NCBI GenBank assembly: GCA_017555905.1
Contig: JAFZFP010000012.1
Span: 29,698 to 93,697, forward strand
DNA: 64,000 nucleotides
Reading direction: 5' to 3'
DNA from: Alistipes sp.
Lineage (GTDB): Bacteria; Bacteroidota; Bacteroidia; Bacteroidales; Rikenellaceae
Shown here: positions 1-9,055 of the stretch, in pieces
Layout of the letters: each line of letters opens with the position of its first letter
How positions within the stretch are numbered: position 1 is the first letter of the stretch
The notes under the pieces: model-generated
Told to the model about the DNA's origin: nothing
The model's input: only the letters and a program-made list of their open reading frames with translations
The model's database searches: none
Translations under genes and position numbers: made by a program

Positions 1-33
1 CTTCCATCCCGCAGATATTTTGCATTTTCCCAT
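1..33 (-). CDS. 5' end of a gene running off the left edge (MGKCKISAGWK...), product unknown
   Basis: ATG at 33 open to the window edge, A-rich upstream sequence, and a minus-strand TATCTTTG -7 element at 110-117. Confidence 0.4.
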   Translation of the reverse strand, partial: MGKCKISAGWK

Positions 34-160
34 AATGATTCCTTTTATAGTAGTTTAAGTTTGCCACCGCTCAGTATGGCCATTGGGCCAATGAGCAATA
101 AATTTCGTACAAAGATAGTAAAATTTAAGAAAAAAACACTACTTTTGTGCATCGATCTGA

Positions 161-241
161 GCCCAGATGGCGAAATGGTAGACGCGCTCGTTTCAGGTGC
201 GAGTGCTTTGCGGCGTGTAGGTTCGAGTCCTATTCTGGGCA
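161..241 (+). tRNA. tRNA-Leu (anticodon CAG)
   Basis: Acceptor stem GCCCAGA/TCTGGGC, D-loop TGGTA, anticodon arm CTCGT-TTCAGGT-GCGAG, long variable arm, T-loop GTTCGAGT. CCA not encoded. TACTTTTG -7 element at 140-147. Confidence 0.97.
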
Positions 242-277
242 CAAGGAGCAGTTTGCTAGACTGCTCCTTTTTTTTGT
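238..277 (+). repeat. Direct repeat copy 1 (tRNA-Leu 3' end plus intrinsic terminator), attL-like
   Basis: ggcacaaggagcagtttgctagactgctccttttttttgt, with stem 243-252/260-269 and a T run. Near-identical to 1649-1686. Confidence 0.9.
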
Positions 278-591
278 GTCCACAATAGAACTCGCACTGA
301 CTGGGGCGACTCGGCAAAATCATAGCTGATCCTTGATTGGGTTAGTTGTTGAACAACTACGAAAATATAGGGCGAGTATTACTCGCTCAAGCAAGCTTGA
401 CGCTAACACTCTCCCTATATTCTATACCTACGGTATTATACCCAATCAAACCTCCTGGGTTTGCTCTCGTTCTGCTGAACGCAGTTCAAGTCCTGGCCTA
501 AGTTCTTGGGATGAAATGGTTATATCTACAATTCATCAGAGCGTTTCTCGGCTCTCCATCGGTGAACTTAACACATTCAACCTTTGACAAT

Positions 592-622
592 TTTGTTTTA
601 CAAAATATTTTTATTAACTTTG
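592..622 (+). promoter_or_regulatory. Bacteroidetes primary-sigma promoter of the islet lipoprotein
   Basis: TTTG 592-595, 19-nt spacer, TAACTTTG 615-622. Confidence 0.7.
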
Positions 623-671
623 TTTTAGGTCACAAGAAACATGTAATATACTACTAATCAAATTTGCCATT

Positions 672-1583
672 ATGAAAAAAGCAACATCACTAATAACCCT
701 ACTCATTTTACTGAGTGCATGCAATAATTTCTCGAATGAATACGCCAAAAGTCAAGAAGATTTAGCATCAGCAAGAGATAGCATCTGTATCTTACAGAAG
801 CAGATAGAGCAATTATCATATCCGGCGAATCAAAGATTAGATAATATCAACAAACTGATTCAAGAGGGTAATTTTGAATCTGCTCAAATCGAACTCAAAA
901 ACTTGGTAGCACTCTTTCCAAATAGCAAAGAAGCACAATTAGAGCCCAATCTAAAATCCAAAATAGAATCACTTCGTCAAGCTAAAATTGAAGAACAGAA
1001 AAGACTTAAAGCACTTGGATTTAAAGTTTTAAAAGACAATATGACTGTGTCAATTGGAGATGTATGCGCCAAATTCAATGGATTTAAGACAGCTAGCACA
1101 TTTGTATTCGATAATGACGGCTACGAATATCGTTACCGCCAAGCAGATAAAAACTGCATGTATATTTCTGCATCAATGAATATTACTTCATCAAGTTCGA
1201 ATCCAAAGCTACCAGAGTGTGCTATTTATTTTGTAGATGGCGACGTATTGCGAAGTAGTCAAGTTAGATTTACTACAGAATTTGCTAGATGGGAGGATTA
1301 TGGATCTTATTTAGGAAACGATGCTGACTTTAATAATGATTTCAGCAAAGTAAATACCGTAAAATTTAAGATAGGTGCTGAGATTGAGAACGAAGATTTG
1401 AAGCGCCCATTTGTAGTAATACTAAAAAAAGAAGGGGTATTAGAAAGAAAAATGGACAGATATGCTACTCCTGCGGTAAGATATAGTGGACACGCATCAT
1501 TCCCATCGACATTGACCATAGAAGATGTTGATAAATCGGGACAATATGTAGTAATTAAAAGATATAATTTTGATAAACTTTAA
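672..1583 (+). CDS. Hypothetical lipoprotein (coiled coil/TPR-like helices plus beta-rich C-terminal domain)
   Basis: Lipobox LLSA-C, 303-aa ORF with its own promoter. Confidence 0.8.
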   Translation: MKKATSLITLLILLSACNNFSNEYAKSQEDLASARDSICILQKQIEQLSYPANQRLDNINKLIQEGNFESAQIELKNLVALFPNSKEAQLEPNLKSKIESLRQAKIEEQKRLKALGFKVLKDNMTVSIGDVCAKFNGFKTASTFVFDNDGYEYRYRQADKNCMYISASMNITSSSSNPKLPECAIYFVDGDVLRSSQVRFTTEFARWEDYGSYLGNDADFNNDFSKVNTVKFKIGAEIENEDLKRPFVVILKKEGVLERKMDRYATPAVRYSGHASFPSTLTIEDVDKSGQYVVIKRYNFDKL

Positions 1584-1648
1584 AAATAAATACAAGAGCT
1601 ACGTTTAACCACTATTGGCAAAAATAATTCGATAATCTGTCACACCGT

Positions 1649-1686
1649 GGCACAAGGAGCAGTTTGTTAGACTGCTCTTTTTTTGT
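1649..1686 (+). repeat. Direct repeat copy 2, attR-like
   Basis: ggcacaaggagcagtttgttagactgctctttttttgt. Confidence 0.9.
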
Positions 1687-1718
1687 TCTGGTGGGGAGAG
1701 GGGCAATGCGCAGAAGGT

Positions 1719-1755
1719 AAAAAAAGTAGAGGGTGGCCCGAATTGGGCCACCCTC
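1719..1755 (-). terminator. Intrinsic terminator of the nqr operon
   Basis: Perfect 11-bp stem gagggtggccc/gggccaccctc with a T run on the minus strand, just past the nqrF stop. Confidence 0.8.
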
Positions 1756-1776
1756 ACCTTTACTTGATATATTCTA

Positions 1777-3039
1777 CTATGCACCGAAGTTATCGAAGAG
1801 AATATTCTCGGCTGGAACACCAAGATTATCCAAAAGATTAACTACTGACTGCGCCATCATTGGAGGTCCACACATCAAGTAGATGATGCCCTCTGGCTCG
1901 TCGTGGTTCTTCAAATATGTCTCATACAACACATTGTGAACGAAACCTGCTACGTAAGGAACACCTGCCTTATCTGCCTCTGGATCTGGACGGTCCAAAG
2001 CCAAGTGGAACTTGAAGTTAGGGAACTCCTTCTCAATCTGGTAGTAGTCATCGAGGTAGAAGGCCTCCTTGAGTGAACGAGCACCATAGAAGAAATTAAC
2101 CTTGCGACCTGTCTTAACAGTCTTGAAGAGGTGCATAATGTGTGAACGCATAGGCGCCATACCTGCACCACCACCGATGAATACAAGCTCCTGATCGTCA
2201 GAAAGGTTATCTGGCAAGAAGAACTCACCGAATGGACCCGACATAATGATCTTGTCGCCTGGCTTCAACGAATAGATATATGATGAACATACACCTGGAT
2301 TAACATTCATAAAGCCTCCTGTAGCACGATCGAATGGAGGAGTTGCAATACGTACGTTAAGCTTGATGATATCACCCTCAGCAGGGTAGGTAGCGCAAGA
2401 GTATGCACGTACCTGTGGCTCAGGATTAACCATCTTGAGGTTGAAGACACCCATCTTCTCCCAATCCTCGCGGTACTCAGGATCAACATCGATATCCTTG
2501 TAATCTACGGTGATTGCAGGAACGTCGATCTGGATATAACCACCAGAACGGAAGTTCAAGTGCTCGCCCTCAGGCAACTTAACAACGAACTCCTTGATGA
2601 AGGTAGCAACATTGTTGTTAGAGACAACCTCGCACTCCCACTTCTTGATGCTAAGAACTGAAGCAGGAACCTTGATTGCGATATCCTCCTTAACCTTAAC
2701 CTGGCAACCAAGACGCCAGCCCTCGTTGATCTCGCGACGGTTGAAGAAGCCACGCTCGGTAGGCAAAATCTCGCCACCGCCCGAAACTACCTGGCACTTG
2801 CACTGACCGCAAGCACCCTTACCACCACAAGCCGAAGGAAGGAAGATACCCTGCTCTGAAAGAGTGTTGAGAAGTGTTGAGCCTGACTCAACCTCCAACA
2901 CCTTATCGCCATCGTTGATATTTACCTTAACAGCGCCTGACGATGTAAGTCTTGCCTTTGCAAAGAGTAGCAGTGCCACGAGAACGAGGGTCACCGCAAG
3001 AAAGGCAACTATTGCATAGATAATGATAGTAACATTCAT
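1777..3039 (-). CDS. nqrF: Na+-translocating NADH:quinone reductase subunit F
   Basis: N-terminal TM, 2Fe-2S motif SACGGKGACGQC, RAYS FAD motif, GGGAGMAP, CGPPMM, C-terminal DNFG. Confidence 0.97.
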   Translation of the reverse strand: MNVTIIIYAIVAFLAVTLVLVALLLFAKARLTSSGAVKVNINDGDKVLEVESGSTLLNTLSEQGIFLPSACGGKGACGQCKCQVVSGGGEILPTERGFFNRREINEGWRLGCQVKVKEDIAIKVPASVLSIKKWECEVVSNNNVATFIKEFVVKLPEGEHLNFRSGGYIQIDVPAITVDYKDIDVDPEYREDWEKMGVFNLKMVNPEPQVRAYSCATYPAEGDIIKLNVRIATPPFDRATGGFMNVNPGVCSSYIYSLKPGDKIIMSGPFGEFFLPDNLSDDQELVFIGGGAGMAPMRSHIMHLFKTVKTGRKVNFFYGARSLKEAFYLDDYYQIEKEFPNFKFHLALDRPDPEADKAGVPYVAGFVHNVLYETYLKNHDEPEGIIYLMCGPPMMAQSVVNLLDNLGVPAENILFDNFGA

Positions 3040-3059
3040 ACCTTATACTCTTTTAAAGG

Positions 3060-3659
3060 TTACAACTGAATACCAGAGAAGATCATAAATGCGATACCCA
3101 TCAAACCTGTGATGATGAAGGCAATACCTGGACCCTTCAACGCTGCAGGAACGTGTGAGTACTCGATCTTCTCGCGGATAGCAGCCATCATAACGATAGC
3201 CAACCACCAACCAATACCTGAACCAAGACCGTAAACAACTGAGTCGCCTACAGAGTTGATCTCGGTGCCTACCATCTGCTGCATAAACAACGAACCACCC
3301 ATGATGGCACAGTTTACAGCGATAAGTGGCAAGAAGATACCCAACTGGTTGTACAACGATGGCGAGAACTTCTCGACAATCATCTCAACCAACTGAACGA
3401 AGGCTGCAATAACGGCGATGAACAAGATGAACGACAAGAAGCCGAGATCTACGCCCTCACCAAGTGCATTAGGAGCCAACACATACTGATTCAAGAGGTA
3501 GTTCAAAGGCACAGTCATCACCTGAACGAAGGTAACGGCAGCACCCAAGCCCAAAGCGGTCTTTACGCTCTTCGATACGGCAATGTAAGAACACATACCG
3601 AAGAAGTATGCGAAGACCATATTTTCGATAAATACCGAATTAATAAACAAATTCAACAT
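3060..3659 (-). CDS. nqrE: Na+-NQR subunit E
   Basis: [12 protein letters not shown] and [10 protein letters not shown] motifs; operon position. Confidence 0.96.
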   Translation of the reverse strand: MLNLFINSVFIENMVFAYFFGMCSYIAVSKSVKTALGLGAAVTFVQVMTVPLNYLLNQYVLAPNALGEGVDLGFLSFILFIAVIAAFVQLVEMIVEKFSPSLYNQLGIFLPLIAVNCAIMGGSLFMQQMVGTEINSVGDSVVYGLGSGIGWWLAIVMMAAIREKIEYSHVPAALKGPGIAFIITGLMGIAFMIFSGIQL

Positions 3660-3670
3660 ACGCTACCCTC

Positions 3671-4273
3671 CTATTTTTCCTGTAAATCCTTATTAATAGA
3701 GCGATGAACCCAGATGATAACACCCACGATGATAAGTGCCATCGGAGGGAAGAGCATCAACGAGTTGTTTACATAGCCGAAGCGTGCAATAACATCGAAG
3801 CCGAAGAGTGTACCTGAGCCAAACAACTCACGGAAGAAGGCTACCAATACCAAGATAAAGGCATAGCCCAAACCGTTAGCAACACCATCAACAAAGGCAT
3901 CCCAAGGCTTGTTACCCAACGCAAAGGCCTCAACACGACCCATAACGATACAGTTCGTAATGATAAGACCTACGTAAACAGACAACTGCTTAGATACATC
4001 ATACATATACGCGCGTAGGAACTGGTCTACGACGATTACCAAGGTTGCAATGACAACCAACTGCACGATGATACGGATACGTGATGGAACACCATTACGC
4101 AACAACGACATCACGAGGTTTGAGAAAGCAGTAACAAATGTCACCGAAAGACCCATAACAAAGGCTGGCTCCAACTTAACTGTTACGGCCAACGCTGAAC
4201 AGATACCCAAAATCTGAACGATAACTGGGTTGTTCGCTGCCAAAGGATTAGTAAAATTCTTGCTTAGTTTCAT
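3671..4273 (-). CDS. nqrD: Na+-NQR subunit D
   Basis: [10 protein letters not shown] and [12 protein letters not shown] motifs. Confidence 0.96.
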   Translation of the reverse strand: MKLSKNFTNPLAANNPVIVQILGICSALAVTVKLEPAFVMGLSVTFVTAFSNLVMSLLRNGVPSRIRIIVQLVVIATLVIVVDQFLRAYMYDVSKQLSVYVGLIITNCIVMGRVEAFALGNKPWDAFVDGVANGLGYAFILVLVAFFRELFGSGTLFGFDVIARFGYVNNSLMLFPPMALIIVGVIIWVHRSINKDLQEK

Positions 4274-4276
4274 AGT

Positions 4277-5059
4277 TTACTCCTCCTCAACATTAATAGG
4301 TTCAACAATAGCCTCCTCTGAGCACTCGCCACAATCGCAGCACTCTTCAACATCTGCCTCAGCAGCTGTCTCAGTAGCACGCAAGAATGACTCATACTTG
4401 CCAATAGAGGTTGCCAACATAGCGTTTACACCATCACAAGTCTTTGTACCACCTGTGATAGCATCTACCTGATGCTCGTTCTGAGCGCCACCCTTCTGCA
4501 TACGAACTGCAAAGTTGCCCTCAGCATTGTAGAGTTTCTTACCCTCGAATGTGCTCTGAACCTTGTCAGTAGCGATCTCAGCACCAAGACCTGGAGTCTC
4601 GCCAGCGTGGTCCATAACGATACCAGTGATCTCAACATTGTCTGTGGTCTGCAACAAAGATACATAACCCCAGATGTCACCCCAAAGACCCTTACCTACG
4701 ATAGGCAATACGAACTTGGTAGCACCATCCTTCTCCATCTTGAAGATTGGGAGGTTATCCTCAGCCTCAGACAACGCCTTACGGTTGCCAAGCATATCGA
4801 AGACCTCAGCAACGACAGCCTCATCTACGACCTCAGTGAACTCTCCAGCAGTCAAACGACCGATGGTTACAACCTCGTCGAAGTTAGCCTCTGCCTCGCC
4901 AAAGGCTCTCATAATAGATACCTTCTGCTCGTTAAGCACATTTGCATCCTGCTTACCCTTAAGAGAGGTAGCCAAGAATGCGAGCAAGGCACCAACGATT
5001 ACCACCATAACAACGGTATAGGTGATAATATAAAGATTAGAATTCTTATTAATTGCCAT
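4277..5059 (-). CDS. nqrC: Na+-NQR subunit C (start placed at MAINKNSN)
   Basis: N-terminal TM, GKGLWG, ETPGLGAEI, FMN-attachment site DAITGGT. Confidence 0.95.
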   Translation of the reverse strand: MAINKNSNLYIITYTVVMVVIVGALLAFLATSLKGKQDANVLNEQKVSIMRAFGEAEANFDEVVTIGRLTAGEFTEVVDEAVVAEVFDMLGNRKALSEAEDNLPIFKMEKDGATKFVLPIVGKGLWGDIWGYVSLLQTTDNVEITGIVMDHAGETPGLGAEIATDKVQSTFEGKKLYNAEGNFAVRMQKGGAQNEHQVDAITGGTKTCDGVNAMLATSIGKYESFLRATETAAEADVEECCDCGECSEEAIVEPINVEEE

Positions 5060-5069
5060 AGTTCCTCGC

Positions 5070-6176
5070 TTATTTAACATTCTTAATCAACTTCTTACGA
5101 CGTGCGATGTTGCGCTCAACAACGAAGTAGTCGATGAGTGGAGCCAACGCATTCATAAAGAGGATTGAGAGCATCATACCCTCTGGATATGCTGGGTTTA
5201 CTACACGGATAAGTACTGCCAAAGCACCTACCATCAAACCGTAAATCCACTTACCTGCGTTAGTCTGTGCAGAGGTAACAGGGTCGGTAGCCATAAATAC
5301 TGCACCGAACGCGAAACCACCTACCAACAAGTGGTAGTATGCTGGGAACTCGGTCAAGCCAACTACGTCGAACAAGTAACCGAAGGCCAAACCACCAACA
5401 AATACAGACAACATAATGCGCCAAGAAGCAACACCAGTAAAGAGCAAGATTGCAGCACCAATGAGGATAGCCAATGTAGAGGTCTCACCCACAGAACCTG
5501 GGATCAAACCGATGAAGGCATCCATAGCGCTCCACTCCATACCGCCTGTAGTTGAGAGCTGCTCCAAAGCAGTTGCACCAGTCTTACCATCAGCAGCATA
5601 CCATACAGACTCACCAGACATCTGTGGAGTGTAAGCGAAGAAGGCGAAGGCACGTGCCAACAACGCTGGGTTGAAGACGTTCATACCTGTACCACCGAAT
5701 ACCTCCTTACCGATAATTACGGCGAATGCAGTTGAGAGTGCTACGATCCACAATGGCACCGAGATAGGCATTACCATAGGGATAAGCAAACCAGACACAA
5801 GGAAACCCTCGTTAATCTCGTGCTTACGCTTCTGAGCAAATGCAAACTCAATTGCAAGACCAGTAACGTAAGATACGATAATCATAGGCAACATCTTCAA
5901 GAAACCAAACCAGAACGCTGGCAAGATACCCTCGATACCTGCCTGATAACCGATGTTGTACATACCGAACAACAAGGCTGGCAACAACGCTACAACCACA
6001 ACGATCATCACACGCTTGATATCGTTACAGTCGCGAATGTGCGCACCCTTAGAGGTGGTAGTGTTAGGAACAAAAAGGAATGTCTCGAAGCCCTCGAATG
6101 TAGAGTGCAAGAAACCGAGCTTGCCGCCCTCAGAGAAGGTAGGCTTAATCTTATCTACTAAATTACGCAATCCCAT
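5070..6176 (-). CDS. nqrB: Na+-NQR subunit B
   Basis: KEVFGGTGMNVFNPAL, TGAT FMN site, ATDPVT, YPEGMM. Confidence 0.96.
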   Translation of the reverse strand: MGLRNLVDKIKPTFSEGGKLGFLHSTFEGFETFLFVPNTTTSKGAHIRDCNDIKRVMIVVVVALLPALLFGMYNIGYQAGIEGILPAFWFGFLKMLPMIIVSYVTGLAIEFAFAQKRKHEINEGFLVSGLLIPMVMPISVPLWIVALSTAFAVIIGKEVFGGTGMNVFNPALLARAFAFFAYTPQMSGESVWYAADGKTGATALEQLSTTGGMEWSAMDAFIGLIPGSVGETSTLAILIGAAILLFTGVASWRIMLSVFVGGLAFGYLFDVVGLTEFPAYYHLLVGGFAFGAVFMATDPVTSAQTNAGKWIYGLMVGALAVLIRVVNPAYPEGMMLSILFMNALAPLIDYFVVERNIARRKKLIKNVK

Positions 6177-6179
6177 ACC

Positions 6180-7514
6180 TTAGCTCTCCTTAATCATTAG
6201 GTTAATACCATCACGCACAATCTGCTGCATCTCGATCTTCGATGGATCAACGAACTCGCAGAGTGCCAAATCCTCTGGCAACACCTCATAGATACCAAGG
6301 TTCTCCATCTTATCGAGATCCTTAACGAGGATAGCCTTCAACAGATATGCTACATAAACATCCATTGGCAAGTAGTTCTCGTAGAGACCTGTTACTACGA
6401 ATGGACGCTCACCACCATTGAGGTTAGTATCGAGTTTGTACTCCTTCTTTGGGCAAAGCCAAGAGAAGTATGCACGAGATACTGAGAAGCGGTGGAAGCG
6501 TGGCATAGCCCAGCCGAGCAACTCATATACATCGCCCTCAGGGATGAGGCTCAACATATTTGCACCAGCAGAGATATAGCCGTCGTGTGCAGTCTTAACA
6601 CCAGTCAAAACATCACCAGAGATAATACGCACCTTAGCATCTACCTTACCTACGATAGACTCTACCGCAGCACCAGCGATGATGCGCTTGTAGCAAGGCT
6701 TCTGCGCCTCGCTACCTGCTACGGCGATAACCTTAGTCATATCGAGCTTACCAGTAGTAACGAAGCGACCGATGAGTGCTACGTCCTGAATGTTTACAGT
6801 CCAAACTACATCGCCCTTAGCGATACGGTCGATGTGGTGGATCTGAACACCTACGTTACCAACAGGGTGCTTACCTGAGAAGGTGTGGTACTCCACGCCC
6901 TTAACCTCAGACATATAACCCTCGTCACCCTTGCGAGCAGAGAGGTGTACCTTGCCATTGGTGAGGCGAGCCAACACTGCCAAACCTGCCTCTACAGCAG
7001 CCTTATCGTTCTGGAGAACGAAGTTGTAGTCTGGCGCCAATGGTGCTGAATCGAAGGCTGAAACGAAGATTGCCTTAGGCTCAGCGTCTGGGTTAGCGAT
7101 AACACCATAAGGACGCTCTACGATACGAGTCCAGAGACCCGACTCAAGAAGCATCTCGACAATAGCAGAACGATCAGCCTTGGCATCAACTACCTTAAGC
7201 TCCTTCACCACCTGTGTCTGATCTGGCTCGATAGCCACGTTGAGCAACTTGCGCTTCTCGCCACGGTTGATGGCTGAAACAACACCGCTAACGGGCGAAG
7301 TAAAGAGGATACGTGGGTCCTTCTTATCGAAGAACAACGCAGTGCCGACCTCTACCTTATCGCCGACCTTAACCAACAGCTTAGGTGTGACGTTCTCATA
7401 ATCAAGCGGACTTACAGCGTAAGACTTAGCCATAGGAGCATTCTCCACGACTGCCTCTGCCTTACCAGCCAACTTAATGTCGAGACCTTTACATAATTTA
7501 ATGTTTTTCGACAT
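6180..7514 (-). CDS. nqrA: Na+-NQR subunit A
   Basis: KGLDIKLAG, FTSPVSG, HPVGNVG, EDLALCEFVDPSK. Confidence 0.96.
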   Translation of the reverse strand: MSKNIKLCKGLDIKLAGKAEAVVENAPMAKSYAVSPLDYENVTPKLLVKVGDKVEVGTALFFDKKDPRILFTSPVSGVVSAINRGEKRKLLNVAIEPDQTQVVKELKVVDAKADRSAIVEMLLESGLWTRIVERPYGVIANPDAEPKAIFVSAFDSAPLAPDYNFVLQNDKAAVEAGLAVLARLTNGKVHLSARKGDEGYMSEVKGVEYHTFSGKHPVGNVGVQIHHIDRIAKGDVVWTVNIQDVALIGRFVTTGKLDMTKVIAVAGSEAQKPCYKRIIAGAAVESIVGKVDAKVRIISGDVLTGVKTAHDGYISAGANMLSLIPEGDVYELLGWAMPRFHRFSVSRAYFSWLCPKKEYKLDTNLNGGERPFVVTGLYENYLPMDVYVAYLLKAILVKDLDKMENLGIYEVLPEDLALCEFVDPSKIEMQQIVRDGINLMIKES

Positions 7515-7728
7515 AAAAACTGTTTGTTAGATTAATATAAATAGTTTTATTGTTTATGTTTGTTGTTTTCTGAATCCTCTCGGTTATCCATATAAACTAT
7601 AAAATGCGCACGAAGATACTACTTTTTTTCCATAATGCCAATCATATAGGCCAATTTTTTATATCAAAAGATATTTTACCCCCGAAAGCATAGAAAAACC
7701 AGAGAATTATGCTACATTTGTAGTTGCT

Positions 7729-8316
7729 ATGGAGTTCCGTGCAAAATATATCGACGTTCACACCCACCACCCTCGCGCCGATGTGATATCGCCTACGACC
7801 GTGGGCATCCATCCGTGGCACGCCACCAAAGAGTTCTCACTCCCCAACTTCGGGTCGTGCGACCTGATTGGCGAGATAGGCTTGGACTACGCCAGGGATG
7901 TAGATCGTGCGACACAGGATGATGTGTTTAGGGCACAATTAAGTGAGGCGGAACGCTTAAAGAAGGGGGTTGTTCTGCACGTGGTAAAGGCCTTCGAGCC
8001 AGTGATGAACGCCCTTGCTAAATACGACTTGAGGGGCGTTGTTTTTCACGGATTCGTAGGCTCGGCAGAGCAGGCAAAGAGGTGTTTTGCCCGAGGTTAC
8101 TACCTCTCCTTTGGCCACCGCTCGCTCTTGTCGCCTCGCACCGTAGAGGTGATAAAGGCAACACCCGAGGAGTTGCTATTTTGTGAGACCGACGATATGA
8201 CCACGCCCACAATAGAGGAGGTTTACGCCCAAGTGGCACACCTACGTAACACCTCGACTGAGGAGTTATTACGGGCCATAGCGCAAAATTATAACAGACT
8301 GATATTCAAAGGATGA
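7729..8316 (+). CDS. TatD family hydrolase
   Basis: DVHTH, GIHPW, IGEIGLD, LH, FHGF and ETD motifs; TACATTTG -7 element upstream. Confidence 0.9.
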   Translation: MEFRAKYIDVHTHHPRADVISPTTVGIHPWHATKEFSLPNFGSCDLIGEIGLDYARDVDRATQDDVFRAQLSEAERLKKGVVLHVVKAFEPVMNALAKYDLRGVVFHGFVGSAEQAKRCFARGYYLSFGHRSLLSPRTVEVIKATPEELLFCETDDMTTPTIEEVYAQVAHLRNTSTEELLRAIAQNYNRLIFKG

Positions 8317-9053
8317 CAAATTGGTTAGAGCGAACAGAACTACTGCTTGGCACAGAGAAGTTGGAGCAACTTCGAGGGGCTAACGTCTTGGTGGTTGGCG
8401 TGGGTGGCGTAGGAGCTTACGCTGCCGAGATGATAGTGCGCAGTGGCGTAGGAAGGATGACGATTGCCGATGCGGACAAGGTCTCGGAGAGCAACATCAA
8501 CCGACAGCTCGTGGCACTCCACTCAACCATAGGTCGCCAGAAGTGCGAGATTCTGGCCGAGCGACTTAAGGATATAAACCCCGACCTGGAACTCACCATC
8601 GTAAACCGCTTTATCAAGGATGACGAAACAGACGCTCTCCTCGATAGCGACAAGTTCGACTATGTGGTGGATGCCATCGACACCCTCTCTCCGAAGTTAG
8701 CACTCATCAAGGGGGCGCTCGACAGAGGTATTCCGTTGGTTAGCTCTATGGGGGCTGGCGCAAAGACCGACCCTACGCTTATGGAGATTAAGGATATCGC
8801 CAAAACTCACCACTGTCCATTGGCACATATGCTCCGCAAACGCCTACATAAGATAGGCATTAAGCGAGGTTTCTGGGCTGTATTTTCACCAGAGCCCGTG
8901 CGTGAGGGCGCTATGATTCTATGCGAGGAGCAGAACAAAAAGTCGAACGTAGGCACTATATCTTATATCCCTGCCCTCTTCGGCATCGGCTGCGCCTCGG
9001 TTGTTATTAGAGACCTTATTGGAGAATTTAAGAACGAAACTAAAACTGAATAG
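8313..9053 (+). CDS. tcdA: tRNA threonylcarbamoyladenosine dehydratase (ThiF family)
   Basis: GVGGVG, SNINRQ, VVDAID, SSMGAG, CPLA. Confidence 0.9.
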   Translation: MTNWLERTELLLGTEKLEQLRGANVLVVGVGGVGAYAAEMIVRSGVGRMTIADADKVSESNINRQLVALHSTIGRQKCEILAERLKDINPDLELTIVNRFIKDDETDALLDSDKFDYVVDAIDTLSPKLALIKGALDRGIPLVSSMGAGAKTDPTLMEIKDIAKTHHCPLAHMLRKRLHKIGIKRGFWAVFSPEPVREGAMILCEEQNKKSNVGTISYIPALFGIGCASVVIRDLIGEFKNETKTE

Positions 9054-9055
9054 AT

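Larger units (their letters stand above)
242..1686. mobile_element. tRNA-Leu-anchored AT-rich genomic islet without integrase
   Basis: Flanking direct repeats; visibly AT-rich with A/T-ending codons (aaa, gaa, tta), unlike the aag/gag/ctc usage of neighbouring genes. Confidence 0.75.

Noticed and set aside
45-329. Three ORFs (45-323, 61-288, 147-329)
   Set aside because: They overlap tRNA-Leu and its terminator and are shadow frames.
333-587. 84-aa ORF, and a minus-strand peptide QDLNCVQQNESKPRRF faintly like a primase C-terminus
   Set aside because: TTG start, no motifs, and it overlaps the palindrome cluster. The peptide similarity is too short to support.
4472-5077. 201-aa plus-strand ORF and similar ORFs across the nqr operon
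   Set aside because: Antisense shadows caused by the codon bias of the real genes.
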